In this document: piece after piece, positions 24,786 through 38,420 of the stretch | Numbering within the stretch: the stretch's first letter is position 1 | How the letters are laid out: each line of letters begins with the position of its first letter | DNA from: Octopus sinensis | Taxonomy: Eukaryota | Length of the DNA: 64,000 bases | Direction: 5' to 3' | NCBI RefSeq assembly: GCF_006345805.1 | Contig: NC_043002.1 | Location: 61,628,001 to 61,692,000 of the forward strand | Made by a program: the position numbers and the translations under genes | The notes under the pieces: generated by a model | What the model was told of the DNA's origin: nothing | What the model saw: only the letters and a program-made list of their open reading frames with translations | Databases searched by the model: none

Positions 24786-24939
24786 TTACACATATGTTCA
24801 CATATTCATCCATAAAAACATACACTCACCCCCCAACACACACACACATATTAGATATAATGTCTATAAGTAGATGTGTGAATGTTACTCTTATATTTAC
24901 ATAAACCAGTCTGTTTTCTGTATACTCTCTCTCTTTTAC

Positions 24940-25330
24940 TCTTTTACTTGTTTCAGTAATTTGACTGCGGCGATGCTAGAGCACCGTCTTTAGTCGAGCA
25001 AATCGACCCCAGGACTTATTCTCTCTAAGCCTAGTACTTATTCTATCGGTCTCTTTTGCCGAACCACTAAATTACGGGGACGTAAACACACCAGCACCGG
25101 TTATCAAGCGATGTTGGGGAACAAACATAGACACACACACACACATATATATATACATATATACGACTGGCTTCTTTCAGTTTCTGTCTACCAAATCCAT
25201 TCACAATGCATTATTCGGCCGAGGCTATAATAGAAGACACTTGTCCAGGGTACCACGCAATGGGACTGAACCCGGAACAATGTGGTTGGTAAGCAAGCTA
25301 CTTACCACACAGCCACTCCTACGCCTACAG
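24940..25330 (-). mobile_element. SINE family A, full length
   Basis: tRNA-like head (aggcgtaggagtggctgtgtggtaag...ccgggttcagtccc), body and tail. Confidence 0.9.
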
Positions 25331-25564
25331 CTATTAATAATCTATAACACAGAGTATTATTACAATTTATAAGCAACGGAGCAAATGTAGGAAAAACAAA
25401 TATAAAATACAGACTTTTATTAAAGGTTCTACACTCGTTTCACCATTATAGTTGTTTGGAGTCATGCAATGGAATTTCTAAATGCTTAGAGATGCTTAAT
25501 CACAACGGATTTTCAAGGAACACCTTATTGTGTCAGGTTACAGATAACTACGCAACTACATATA

Positions 25565-25783
25565 TACGAAATGTCCTGAAATGTTGGGGTTTTCGGTAAA
25601 AGAAAATACGGTGGTGGGAATCAGTTAATTATGATTGTATTCAACATATTCCGCTTTGAGATTGAGATTTAGGCACTTATGAAAGCAGTCCTTCAGTTTT
25701 TCTAAGCCCTGTAAAAGAACTCGGAATTTTGGGCTTTTTGCGATATCCTCAAAGCCAGGAACTTTTCAGCACCCCTACGAATA
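25565..25783 (-). mobile_element. Mariner-derived MITE / internally deleted element
   Basis: Degenerate TIRs (tacgaggggtgctgaaaagttcctggc-like). Internal remnant QGLEKLKDCFHKCLNL(NL)KAEYVE resembles the mariner transposase C-terminus. Confidence 0.6.
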
Positions 25784-26629
25784 CACCAAGAAACTTTTTA
25801 AATACTTCACTTGGTAGAAAACGTTGCCAAATCTCACAAACTAGAGATTCTTTCTAGATAGAAGCTGAGATGTTTACGAGGCAAAAGAATAATATAACAT
25901 GAGATATTTCTCAAGGTAACACAAAGTTGTAATTTTTGTCTAGCCAGAGTTTAATCCGGTTAGATTATATTTCCAAAATAGCTTATCCGAAGATATGTCA
26001 CGGCTGTGACAATGGTTTTAAGGTTCTGCACTCAAGATCACGTGGTGTGTTTTATGCTTTAGTGGAAAACACTTCATTTTACGTTCCTCTGAATTTTTAC
26101 GTTGCTCTAAATTTTTCGTGTCACATGATGCTGTTGTATAATGGTGGCGGAGATGATTGATTACTATAAGCAAATCATCTGTAGATATAGTTTTGCAAGA
26201 TGCTTCAGTGGCCTCCTCTGAGGTCCACGGCCGGAGAAAGAAGCACTCTGAAGGCAATCTTCTCTCTTCTTTCAGCGACGGCTTTAATCTCCTGTCGGAG
26301 GTGGATTAATTTGTATTTACGTGGTTAGACTGTGTTTCTTAAATATCTTCTTACATGCCATGGTATGTAATAAGGAACGGCGTGTGGTAAATAGTTCTCC
26401 GTAGATCGACAAGCAGCATTTTTTTTTCAGTTTCAAAACAAACAATTACAAATTTTTCTGGAATTACTAGTTCCTAAATATTCTGCTTCTATGTTTGTAC
26501 GTATGCATACTTATAAGTATTACCACGTTTTAATCATATATATATGCGTGCTGTTCTATTATATACGATCCGATTACTTATTGTTTTCTCTAATATACAC
26601 CTTTGTGGAGGTCGGAGGATCGCAGTTTC

Positions 26630-26780
26630 CATATACAGACCGAGCGTTGTGTGTGTTTATTAAACGAAAACACCTAAAGCTCCACGAGGCTCCGACAGGG
26701 GGTGGGTTGGCGAACCCTGTTGTACTCTTTCGCCCCAACTTTCTCTCACTCTTTCTTCCTGCAAAGCTGCGATAGACTGG
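26630..26780 (+). mobile_element. SINE family C, partial
   Basis: aaaacacctaaagctccacgaggctccg...gcgaaccctgttgtactct matches 38960-39040. Confidence 0.7.
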
Positions 26781-27257
26781 CGTCCCGTCCAGCTTGGGGG
26801 GAACACATACACCACAGAAACAGGGAAACGGAATTCATGAGCCTGGCTAGGCTTGAAAAGTCGCATAAAAAAAACTATACACCTTTATGTTAATATACAA
26901 TTATATAAGGTTAAATATGTATATTATTTTTAAAATGCATGCAGATAATTTGCAATGTGGAAATTAACAATCGTTTCTATTATCGGCGCAAGGCCTGAAC
27001 TTTGGGGTTGCTGATTGATTACGTCGATCTCAATTCTGAAATGGAAATTATTTTATCGACACCGGAACGATAATAGAAAAGTCAATCTCAACAGCATTTA
27101 AACTAAGATCGTAAATCGAAACAAATGCCGCCCAGGATTTCGTCCGAGTGGCAAACGATTCTGACAATTCAATACTTTACGCACAAACTAACAACACTAT
27201 TAATATATGTATGTATGCATGTATGTATGTATGTATGTATGTATGTATGTATGTATG

Positions 27258-27367
<110 letters not shown>

Positions 27368-28431
27368 ATGTATGTATGCATGTATGTATGTATGTATGTA
27401 TGTATGTATGTGTGTGTGTATGTGTGTTTGTGTGTGTGTTTAATCAAATATATCCTGGATTTATTTTCAATATAAATATGTTAACATCATTGAAAAACAT
27501 CAAACGTCTTAAAGTAATGTTTGTTTTGGGGTTTAATTTGTGAACGTCTTTGATATTTCCAGATTTAATATTTACTGATAACTATATATATATATATATA
27601 AGTATATTTCAATATATCTCGTAACAAAAATCGACTTGTGGTTTCTTACAAGTACATAGGAAAATAATTTAAGAACTTCGTTTTAGAATTATATGAACAA
27701 TATCAGTGATAATTAACATATATAAACACTAACACAATCATATTGACACGTATATTATTGAATAAAAGAATTAGGTGAAAAGGTGAAAATACATTCGTTT
27801 ATCTTTAAAATAATATTATATTTTGAAATTCTGACTTTTAGTTTTTACTACTTATATTTATTTATCATTTCAAAATATAAACAATAGAACAAAGATGGCA
27901 AAAAAAAGAAATTTAATGACAATGGTAGTATAAAGACAATAACGATTGTTATGATTCTCGAAATAATGATTTCGATCTTGTTGATATTGACTCTGATGAG
28001 GATCATGACGACGATCACGATAACGATAATGATGATGATGTTGAAGATGATGATGATAATGATGATGATAACGACGACGACGACAACGATGAAGATGATG
28101 ATGAAATTAACCTAGTGTCTCAACAACTTTTCAGGCCGATCACGTGGAGATAGGTTCTCATATCCGATTTGGAAAACACTCCCGTAAAATTCTCACGGGT
28201 TATCGTAAATTCATGTGAATAAAACAATGAATCAATGAATCAAAGGAAGTTAATACTGCGCGGAAAATTTTCGATGTTTGTCTCACATGAACAGCTTGAA
28301 AAATTGTTAATACACTAGGGCATTTTCCTTCATTTCTTAACATGAAACCGATGGTAGCCTTAATTCACAATTTAAGATATGATATCCACCAACACTGTGT
28401 TGTGCACTCATTTTCATTGTTCGATGTCTAC

Positions 28432-28487
<56 letters not shown>

Positions 28488-28559
28488 TATATTCATACAT
28501 ACATGCCTGTATATATATATAATATATACGCGAGAAAGAAGCAACAAGAATGGATAGGT

Positions 28560-28649
28560 TTTTAGTACGATCGTTTCATACAAGGACAGGTTTTATTAAA
28601 AGTTGCAAAGATTACAGCATATAACGAGTCCCGTACTCATCAGCTAAAA
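28560..28649 (-). ncRNA. Type I hammerhead ribozyme (left arm)
   Basis: Reverse complement of the 29324-29414 ribozyme. Confidence 0.78.
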
Positions 28650-29323
28650 TACATGTAAGTTCTCTAGACATCCTAGTGTTTGAGGCTATACTCATGAAGT
28701 AATGTAGATAATTAAACAGATTTCTAAAGTTCATTAAAGTTCTTTAAAGATGATGTACAGTCTTATCACAGAATTTTAAAAAAGTTTTGATAGCATCACA
28801 GAGAAGGTGACCTAATCCATATGAATTTCCATAGATATGATGAGGGATTATATACTCACAGAAGACAAATTTATCCATTGTTAATTACAACGAGGTGGGT
28901 CTCAATTCCTGCTTATTAGCATTACAGAGAGGGTAAAATTGTAAAATTTATCGCCTGTGAATATGAAATTCATCTCCATTTCTCTGGAAATTTACATCTA
29001 CACCATTGGAATCTGTGCATCTATACAAAGGATTAATTCACCCTCTCTGTAATGCTAATAAGCAGGAATTGAGACCCACCTCGTTGTAATTAACAATGGA
29101 TAAATTTGTCTCTGTGAGTATATAATCCCTCATCATATCTATGGAAATTCATATGGATTAGGTCACCTTCTCTGTGATGCTATCAAAACTTTTTTAAAAT
29201 TCTGTGATAAGACTGTACATCATCTTTAAAGAACTTTAATGAACTTTAGAAATCTGTTTAATTATCTACATTACTTCATGAGTATAGCCTCAAACACTAG
29301 GATGTCTAGAGAACTTACATGTA

Positions 29324-29414
29324 TTTTAGCTGATGAGTACGGGACTCGTTTATATGCTGTAATCTTTGCAACTTTTAATAAAACCTGTCCTTGTATGAAA
29401 CGATCGTACTAAAA
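29324..29414 (+). ncRNA. Type I hammerhead ribozyme (right arm)
   Basis: UUUUAG-CUGAUGA-GUACGGGAC-[~41-nt loop]-GUCCUUGUAU-GAA-ACGAUCGU-A-CUAAAA. 6-bp stem I, palindromic stem III, GUA cleavage site after 29408. Confidence 0.8.
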
Positions 29415-31164
29415 ACCTATCCATTCTTGTTGCTTCTTTCTCGCTTATAATCACCCCACATTACTGTATTGTTAAATCAGTATAGTTTTTTTTGGTGCAT
29501 CTAAGTTAGGTACCATATTCAAGTAAATTCTTTTAAATTAACTTGAATCTTTATTGCTCTTTGTATATATATATATATATATTATATATATATATATATT
29601 ATATATATATATATATGGCCTTCCACTCAGATTCCGTCTACAAATTTCACTTACATGGCATTGCCCGGCCCGGAGTTAAAACGAAGCCACTTGCTCATGA
29701 TGCGGTTGGGGTGAACCGGAAACTACGTGGTACTAAAGCAAGTTTCCTAACTGAACATCTCTACCGGCGAATTTAAAATATTCATTTATTTAATAATTCA
29801 TTATCCGTTATATATTTCATAGTCTTATCTCCATTGTTGAAATGGAAATAATAATTTTGTGAAGTGAAGACGATAAGATAAGAGTTTATAGATCGTTTAT
29901 GAGGATGCACAATAGAAAATAATCAAATAATTTAATTAAATTTAATGTTAAATAATACTAATTAGTAAGCGTGCTACAGTACTGGCGAATACAAGACTGA
30001 TAAAATACAAAAAATTATTTAAAAATAATATCCGAATTATATTTTCTCCATTATGTTATAGCATTTCTCATTATCTTCTTTAACTTGCAAAAAAATTGTT
30101 ATCATTATCATTATTACCATCATCATCATCATCATCGTCGTCGTCGTCGTCGTCATCATCATCATCATCATCTTTTGCGATTGATATGAGAAGTACCAGT
30201 TCTGCATTCACCTCAGACTTTCTGGCCTTGTGCCAAAATTGGAGAGGATTATCATCATCAACATCGTTATCCTCCTCCTCCTCCTCATCATCATCATTAT
30301 CTTATATGTTTGCTCCCTCCCCCGAAATTTCAGGCCTTGAGCCAAAACTTTCAGGGTCGATAAATTAAGAACCAAGTGAAACACTGGGGTAGATGTAATC
30401 GACTTGCCCCCTTCTCCAATAGAAAGGGTTATTATTTTTATTATCATTTGCGTCATTTCGTCCGACTTTACAATCTCCGTTCAAATTCGGCCGAGGTCGG
30501 CATTGGCTATCATCGTTTCAGTAAATAAGTACCAGTTCAGTTGTACGGTCGATGGAACTTGCTAGCCTTCTTCGAGAATTTGAAATTACTATGTGTGTTG
30601 TGTGTGCGTATTTTGTGTGTCCGTTTGTGTCTGTGTTTCTGTTCTGTGTGTGTCTGTGTTTGTGTTTGTGTGTGTGCTTTTATCGATTGAAGACCGGTAT
30701 TTATCGATTGAAGTACTTGTATGTTAGCGGTTCGGCAAAGATCTACCTATAAAATATCTATCAGGCTTTTAAAAATTTAGCACTGGGGGCGATTCTTCCC
30801 ACTGAAAATAATTCTTCATGGTGGTGCTCCAGCATGGCCGCAACCTAATGATTACAGCAAGTAATTGGTGAACGATAAAGGATAAAAGGAAATTGATATC
30901 GTAGGTTATTATACGAAGCCTTCGTTTCCAGCAAGACATGTACGACCACATGGTCTTCGACACCGGTTTCTAAAGAACACGAATATATTTTACACATGCA
31001 ATTGGACACCTGATAGCGTAGTAAATTATTCATCATCATACTCGTCACCATCGTCTTCAATATCTCTAACGATCCGTCTATTCAGTTGTATTATAAATAC
31101 CATTACGCCCGCGAGCTGACACAATCGTATGCATGCCGAACGAAAAGCTTAGCGGTATTTCGCC

Positions 31165-32225
31165 CGTCGCGAAAAAGGTGGCGAGCTGGCAGAAACATTA
31201 GCACGCCGGGCGAAATGCTTAGCGGTATTTCGTCTGCGTTACGTTGTGAGTTCAAATTCCGCCGAGGTCGACTTTGCCTTTCATCCTTTCGGGGTCGATA
31301 AATTAAGTACCAGTTACGCACTGGGGTCGATGTAATCGACTTAATACCTATGTCTGTCCTTGTTTGTCCGCTCTATGTTTAGCCCCTTGTGGTAATAAAG
31401 AAATAGGTATTTCGCCCGTCGCTACGTTCTGAGTTGAAATTCCGCCGTGATGGACTTTATCTTTCATAATTTCGACGTCCATCAGTTAAGTACCAGATGA
31501 ACACTAGGATCGATGTAATTGAGACATAACCTTCCTCAAAATTACTGCCTTCTGGCACAATTTGAAGTCATTATCCATCTCATTAGGGTGGCGAATTGGT
31601 AGAAACGTTAGGACGCCGGGCGTATTGCTTAGTAGTATTTCGTCTGCGGTTACGTTCTGAGTTCAAATTCCGCCGAGGTCGACTTTGACTTTCATCCTTT
31701 CGGGGTCGATTAAATAAGTACCAGTTACGCACTGGAGTCGATATAATCGACTTAATCCGTTTGTCTGTCCTTGTTTGTCCTCTTTGTGTTTAGCTCCTTG
31801 TGGGTAGTAAAGAAACAGAAATAGGTATTCGCCCGTTGCTACGTTCTGAGTTGAAATTCTGCCATGATGGACTTAGCCTTTCGTAATTTCGTGGTCCATA
31901 AACTAAGTACCAGCTGAACATTGGGGTCGATGTAATCAACAAATCTCCTCCTCTAAAATGGCTTCCCTTGTGACAAAATATGAAACCATTCTATATCTCA
32001 TTAAGGCGGCGAGCTGGCAAAATTTTTTGACGCCGGACACAATCCTTAGCGGTAATTTGCCCGTCGCTACGTTCTCAGATCAAATTCCACTGAGGCCGTG
32101 TTTGCTTTTCATCCTTTCGGGGTCGATAATTTAAGTAACAGTTGAGTACTGGAGTCGATGTAATGGGCTTGAGCCCTTCGTTCAAAATTTCAGGCCTTGT
32201 GCCTAAAGTAGAAAGGATTATTATT
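31165..32225 (+). mobile_element. Cluster/multimer of SINE family B copies
   Basis: Repeated ggcgagctggcagaaacgttagcacgccgggcgaaatgc heads with B-box gagttcaaattcc and core tttcatcctttcggggtcgataaattaagtaccag. Further degraded pieces at 30190-30545. Confidence 0.88.
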
Positions 32226-32659
32226 CTCAACTATATGTAACTTGTCCTTATGTAACTAATGCGTATTTGCATGTATGTATATACGACAGTATAAAACACT
32301 TTTGTTAGTATCAGTCTACCATGCTCCCCCCCCACCCCAAAGATATATGTGCAGAGAGAGAGAAAGTAGAGACAGAAAAAGAGAGAGAGATCGGGGGGAA
32401 GAGGCGAGGGAGAGGGATTCACGGAGAGAAACACAGACAGACGTAAAGCAGACTGGGAGTAAAGAAGGCATGTGGCGAACGCGACGAAAGCACTTAAACA
32501 AAACTGATGACTGATTAAGCGAACAATACCTCAGCATGGTCTCAAACTTTGGGTTGAAATGCATAAAAGAATACAAGCATAAAATAATATATATATATAT
32601 ATATGTGTGTGTATGTATGTATGTATGTATATGTATACATACATACAATTGCAACTTTT

Positions 32660-32903
32660 AAGGTGTTTGTAAGCCATTTAAGAAACACACAAAAGCCGTT
32701 AGAGTCACTTCAACATTTAAGTTTAATTTGTCAAAATATTTTCGTCGCTTTAAAACCGCGACCTGTTTTTGTCAGTGAATAGGTCGCGGTCTTAAAGCGA
32801 CGAAAATATTTCGACAAATTGAACTTAAATGTTAATCTAAATTAAATGTTAAATGTGAATCTAACGGCTTTTGTGTGTTTCTTAAATGGCTTACAAACAC
32901 CTT
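32660..32903. repeat. Fold-back repeat (probable PLE terminus) with hammerhead-like centre
   Basis: aaggtgtttgtaagccatttaagaaacacacaaaagccgttaga... is inverted as ...tctaacggcttttgtgtgtttcttaaatggcttacaaacacctt, with a spacer of about 16 nt. Confidence 0.85.
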
Positions 32904-33025
32904 CCGCGCTGTAATTGTTTTCGTTTCAGCACACGATCTCAGATGAAATCACTTGCTATGCAAGTACATCCCCGTAATGCATACATTCATATATACATAT
33001 ATGTACGTATGTATTTGTATATGTA

Positions 33026-33089
<64 letters not shown>

Positions 33090-34678
33090 GTGTGTGTGTG
33101 TGTATGTGTGAGAGAGTGTGTGTGTGTGTAGTTAATTGAAATAAACAAACAATTAAAAAAGCCAGAAAAAAGAAAAAACAAGGAACATGAGGACGTGCAC
33201 AAGAATTAGACGTTCGGTGAAGGTAAAGAGATGTTGTTGTCAACATTTCGTTCGCATGAGTGAATGTATAAATATGAACCTAAAAATACGTATTCATACA
33301 TGTACACATACGATCATGCGTGCGTTCATACATACAAATGTACATGTATGAAGTATCTTGAATCGCAGAACTCCGTTCATAGTAATCCCAAGTCAGTTCA
33401 ATATACTTTATATGAATGGATATGTAGTGGACTGTTATGTTATATTAAGCAGATTTATTGTTTCAGAGAATAATTCCGCTTGTGCTACGTCTATTATCGC
33501 TTCTGAGACGACATATTACCTTCATGTTAGAATTCATATATTGATGTATATGCATATACGTGCGAGAGACTGTTTTTGGAGTGTGTATATATACATAGAC
33601 ATATACATACACACACTCTCTATCTGTCTGTCTGTCTCTCCCCCTCTCTCTCACTCGGTCTCTCTCTATTTCACACTGTCTCATACACCCGCACACGCAC
33701 GCATAGAAACACACACACACACTGATACACTCATATATACATATTCGCACGCACATACACACAGTTATATATATATATATATAATATATATATATATTAT
33801 ATATATATTATATATATATATATCTATATATATATATATATACATGCACATATATATATATATGCATATATAAATATATGTATGTATATATATATATATA
33901 TACACACAGACACACACATCTGAATTAGTTTCTATGTAATATAGTTGTGTATATATATAAATATTTATATATATATATACATATATATCTATATATATGT
34001 ATACACATATATATTTATATATACATAATATTTGTATGTGTGTGTGTGTGTATACAGTCTGTAAGTGTATAGGTATGCATTATCGAATATCTATCTTTTG
34101 CGGCAAATCAGTATCCATATATGCGTTTTACTTTTCCCGTCAGTCGCTGTATTTCTTCGTTGGCGTCCCAAAACTCAAACGAACCACTGCACACGTCCAC
34201 ATCTTTTAATCATCTGTTCATCAACCCCCACCCCCTCCAGCGCAACCTACCCACCCCTATCGTACACTCCTCGATATCTCTCACACGCTCATTCTCATCT
34301 TTCTCTACCTAAGCAACCCCGCTGTCTCTCCAGTGATTAACTAATTTGATTAATTCAGGAGATCAATGGTAAAAGTACTCTCCACGCTGCACCGATTTAC
34401 GTCTCAGGTCAGTAGACCAAAGAGAATACGTTGCGTGCCTATGTGTGGGTTTATTTGAATGGAGACGTAGAAAGCGACATGAAAGGTAGGCACACACACA
34501 CCTTTTGCATAAACCGTTATAGATGACACGCAGAGCTCAGATAATCATAGTATGGCACAAAGATATGACACATACGTTATATGTATGAATTATGAAGGTA
34601 CGCTTGTATATAAAGGTGTGTATATACATGAATATATTTTCCTCAATATAAATATATATATACATATATATATATGTG

Positions 34679-34739
<61 letters not shown>

Positions 34740-36129
34740 ATATGTATATGTATGTATCTATATATATATATATATATAAACCTACATACACACGCACATA
34801 TATACCCACACACATGTATATGAATATGTATATACACACGTATATATACAAATATATACACACAAATACATACATATATATATATGTGTGTGTGTGTGAG
34901 AGAGAGAGAGTGTGTGTGTGTGTGTGTGTGTGTGTACATAATTTATAAATATATGTCGATTGATAGACAGGGAGATTTGGCTAGTTCGCATCAATAAGAA
35001 TGTACACATTAATATCTGCGTGTGTGGTCGCTTTTGTATGTGTATGATTATGTGTGTGTTTATGAGTGTGTGTGTGTGTTTTTGTATGTATCTGTGTGTG
35101 CGTGTATGTGTGTTTCCTAAGGATGCGTTTTCTTTTTACACACATTGCTTTCAAAAACTGATACTTCTCGTTTTATCTTTTGTATCAATGATTTTCCATT
35201 TGTTGGATTCGGTCGACTTTAACCTCTCACATTTATGATTAATGTTTTTCATCTGAAGACCACTCATCTTCTTGGTGCAGTAATGTTGTTCGGGTTTCCC
35301 TTTGCCTTACTTTTCAACAGTTTATCTGCAATTCCTATAAAGCTTGTCATTTTAATTATTGATTCCTACAAGGTTTATATTTATAATTTATTTACCAAAC
35401 TAACGGTTATTGTGCTATCGTAATTGTTGCATGTTATTTTCAGTTTTGAATTTACTTGTCATTACTTTATTATTTCACGTAGTCGTAACTTTCTCAAAAC
35501 TCCATTGCAACCGTAGGTGAACATAAGAATAGCATGCGGTTGACTCGTCCAAGATATAGTATTATTATTTCTATTGTACGAGTAACCTTCTAACTACTTG
35601 TCGACGCCACTCCTCTTCCCTTGCTCACGTGGCTCCCACGTAACCATCGGCCATCTTCCTTCTCCTAACTTGTGTTTCTTTCTCTCCGTTGTAGCTGAAA
35701 CAAGGAAGACGTGTTCTTGTCTGTCCCCTGTCCAAGTTGATTTACGCGTTCGCCACCACAACCTCGTTTAGGCTTAGCAGCCATTCCTGTTTGTTTTCAC
35801 TGTCCTGTTTGTGCTACCAATTTTGAGCCTCCGCAAAATCACACATATCATTTAATTTGCTTTGCGGGAGCAACTGTTTTATCGAAAGCGTATATTGTTG
35901 TTAAATGCTCAAAATACAAGACTAGAAGAAACAGCCAACAACTGATGAAGGATCGTTCTTTACGTTGCTTGTTTTGTTTTCAATTTGTGTATTTCGTTCG
36001 AAAAAAAAAAATTCATATACCATGTACTCGTACTTCGTATTTTATGTTGTACACGTTTCATGACGTCCTGTGCGAAAATATGCATATATACATACGTATA
36101 GATGAAAGTATGTACATAAGTTAATACAG

Positions 36130-36545
36130 TTCTATATATAAGTGATGAAGAATTATGTACATTATTTACATTATTTACATTTGACGGATATTTGTCCTCA
36201 TCTTGTTTGTTGTTAACACAGTTTCGGCTGATATACCCTCCAGCCTTCATCAAGTGTCTTTAGGAAATTTCGAACTTGGGTTCTCATTGTTATTATTAAT
36301 GTTATTCAGGTCACTGCTTGGTATCGAACTTGGAATCTTGGGGTTAGTAGCCCGGGCTTTCAACCACTACGCCATATGCCCGTGGGCAATTATGTTGGTG
36401 AATTTTAGGGCTTGTAAATCTAATATTCTCCTATATTTCTTTAATACCGGTTCCCATAAGCTGTTTATATCTGGACTCGGTCTGCTTATGAGGTTGCTGT
36501 GTCCTGACATATGTGCTGCTTCTTTTAGTTTTCGTATTTTCCAGT
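36130..36545 (-). mobile_element. Inverted 3' terminus (pLTR) of a Penelope-like element: GIY-YIG C-terminal remnant plus degenerate hammerhead
   Basis: HWKIRKLKEAAHMSGHSNLISRPSPDINSLWEPVL resembles PLE endonuclease ends. HHR relic GACAC-UUGAUGA-A-GGCUG..CAGCC-GAAAC-UGUGUU at 36215-36258. Confidence 0.75.
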
Positions 36546-36566
36546 GGTGAATCTTAGGAAGACCGT

Positions 36567-36929
36567 ACAAGGATGGCATTCCATTAAGACCTATAGTGAG
36601 CTGTAGAGGTTCAGCATGTCATCCACTCAGCCGCTTCCTTGTGAATATAATCAGTTCATTAGCAGGAAAGTCAACATCGTACGTGAAGAATTCTAACCAC
36701 TTCACAGAATTGAACAAGGATACCCCCCCCCCTATTGAATCGAACGTGATATTGAATCTAGATGTGATAAGTCTGTTCATCAAAGTCCCAACTGGTGAAG
36801 CACAATCGGTGATTCAAGAAAAACTAGTGACAGACGCACATCTAAAAGAACGCACTAGTATACCAATAAGAAACTTGATGAAAACTTTGATCTTCTGTGT
36901 AGAAACTACCTACTTCAGTATGGACACTG

Positions 36930-36981
<52 letters not shown>

Positions 36982-37255
36982 CATCAAGAGTGTTTAGCTA
37001 TGGGTTCACCATTATCACCAATAATAGCCAATACATGCATGGAATACTTTGACAATTTCGCCTTAGGGTCAACACCACTAAAACCAACTCTATGGCTGCG
37101 ATATCTTGATGACACTTTCTTACTCTGGGCCCACCCGTAAGATGTCCAAGTGCTGTTAGCTAATGCTCAATAAAGCCATCAATACAGTTCACAACTGAAA
37201 AAGAAAAAGACAACCAACTAGCATCCCTGCACGTATTAGCAACACGCCTAAAGTG
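36567..37255 (+). mobile_element. Penelope-like element reverse transcriptase fragment, 5'-truncated and degraded
   Basis: KDGIPLRPIVSCRGSACHPL...YVKNS...LDVISLFIKVP...TYF...AMGSPLSPIIAN..MEYF...WLRYLDDTF are Penelope-type RT motifs. Interrupted by (TA)n at about 36930-36978. Confidence 0.88.
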
Positions 37256-37257
37256 TT

Positions 37258-37460
<203 letters not shown>

Positions 37461-38048
37461 CAATGACATCGGAAAAACAGAAGCAGATGGAGGCTAATGA
37501 AGTTAATAAGATAATCATTTGTTTTTTTGTCTCCTATATCTCTTATTACCGCCCTACTCTTCGTTCAGAAACATACGTTTACATCCAGTTATTGGTCTCA
37601 CATTGCCTAGGCGAACTATCAAAACGCACACACACACACACACACGCACACACAAACATACACACATAAACACAAATACACACACACGCACGCACACACG
37701 CACACAAATACAAACACACTCACGTTAACTCACACACACTCACACATATAATCACACACACACACTCCAATACACAAATGTATAACACCCTCTATATGCA
37801 GAAATTCCGTAAGAAAATAGAGGAATTGATCAGCTAATCCTGCTTTCTCAACAGGTAACCATGGAAGCATAAGGAGTTATAATTTCCATCGATTACGTTG
37901 CGCGACAGAAAAGAAACCTCGAAAACTAAATAGAAAACATTAGCAAACAGCACGTGCATAGTATTGCACAATACCAAATCCGAAACGGATGATAATTTAC
38001 GAAACCAATACATATAACAAACCTCCTTTGGACTTTGGAAGCAATCCA

Positions 38049-38420
38049 TCGGTTACGACGACGAGGGTTCCGGTTGATCCGAATCAACGGAACAGCCTGC
38101 TCGTGAAATTAACGTGTAAGTGGCTGAGCACTCCACAGACACGTGTACCCTTAACGTAGTTCTCAGGGATATTCAGCGTGACATAGAGAGTGACAAGGCC
38201 GGCCCTTTGAAATACAGGTACTACAGAAACAGGAAGTAAGAGTGACAGAAAGTTGTGGTGAAAGAGTACAGCACGGATCACCACCATCCCCTGCCGGAGC
38301 CTCGTGGAGCTTTAGGTGTTTTCGCTCAATAAACACTGACAATGCCCGGTCTGGGAATCGAAACCGTGATCCTATGACCGCGAGTCCGCTGCCCTAACCA
38401 CTGGGCCATTGCGCCTCCAC
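38049..38420 (-). mobile_element. SINE family C, full length
   Basis: tRNA-like head gtggaggcgcaatggcccagtggttagggcagcggactcgcggtc...ggtttcgattccc; tail ...cctcgtcgtcgtaaccga. Confidence 0.85.

Larger units (their letters stand above)
28530..29444. repeat. 915-bp near-perfect inverted repeat (arms 28530-28934 and 29040-29444, 105-bp spacer), probably PLE-derived
   Basis: Arms are reverse complements; the only differences I noticed are two 1-bp indels. Confidence 0.95.

Noticed and set aside
25240-25330. tRNA-like sequences (also at about 38345-38420, 51140-51217, 47818-47905 and 52430-52500)
   Set aside because: They are the heads of tRNA-derived SINEs, continuous with SINE bodies and lacking a proper cloverleaf. 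They are not tRNA genes.
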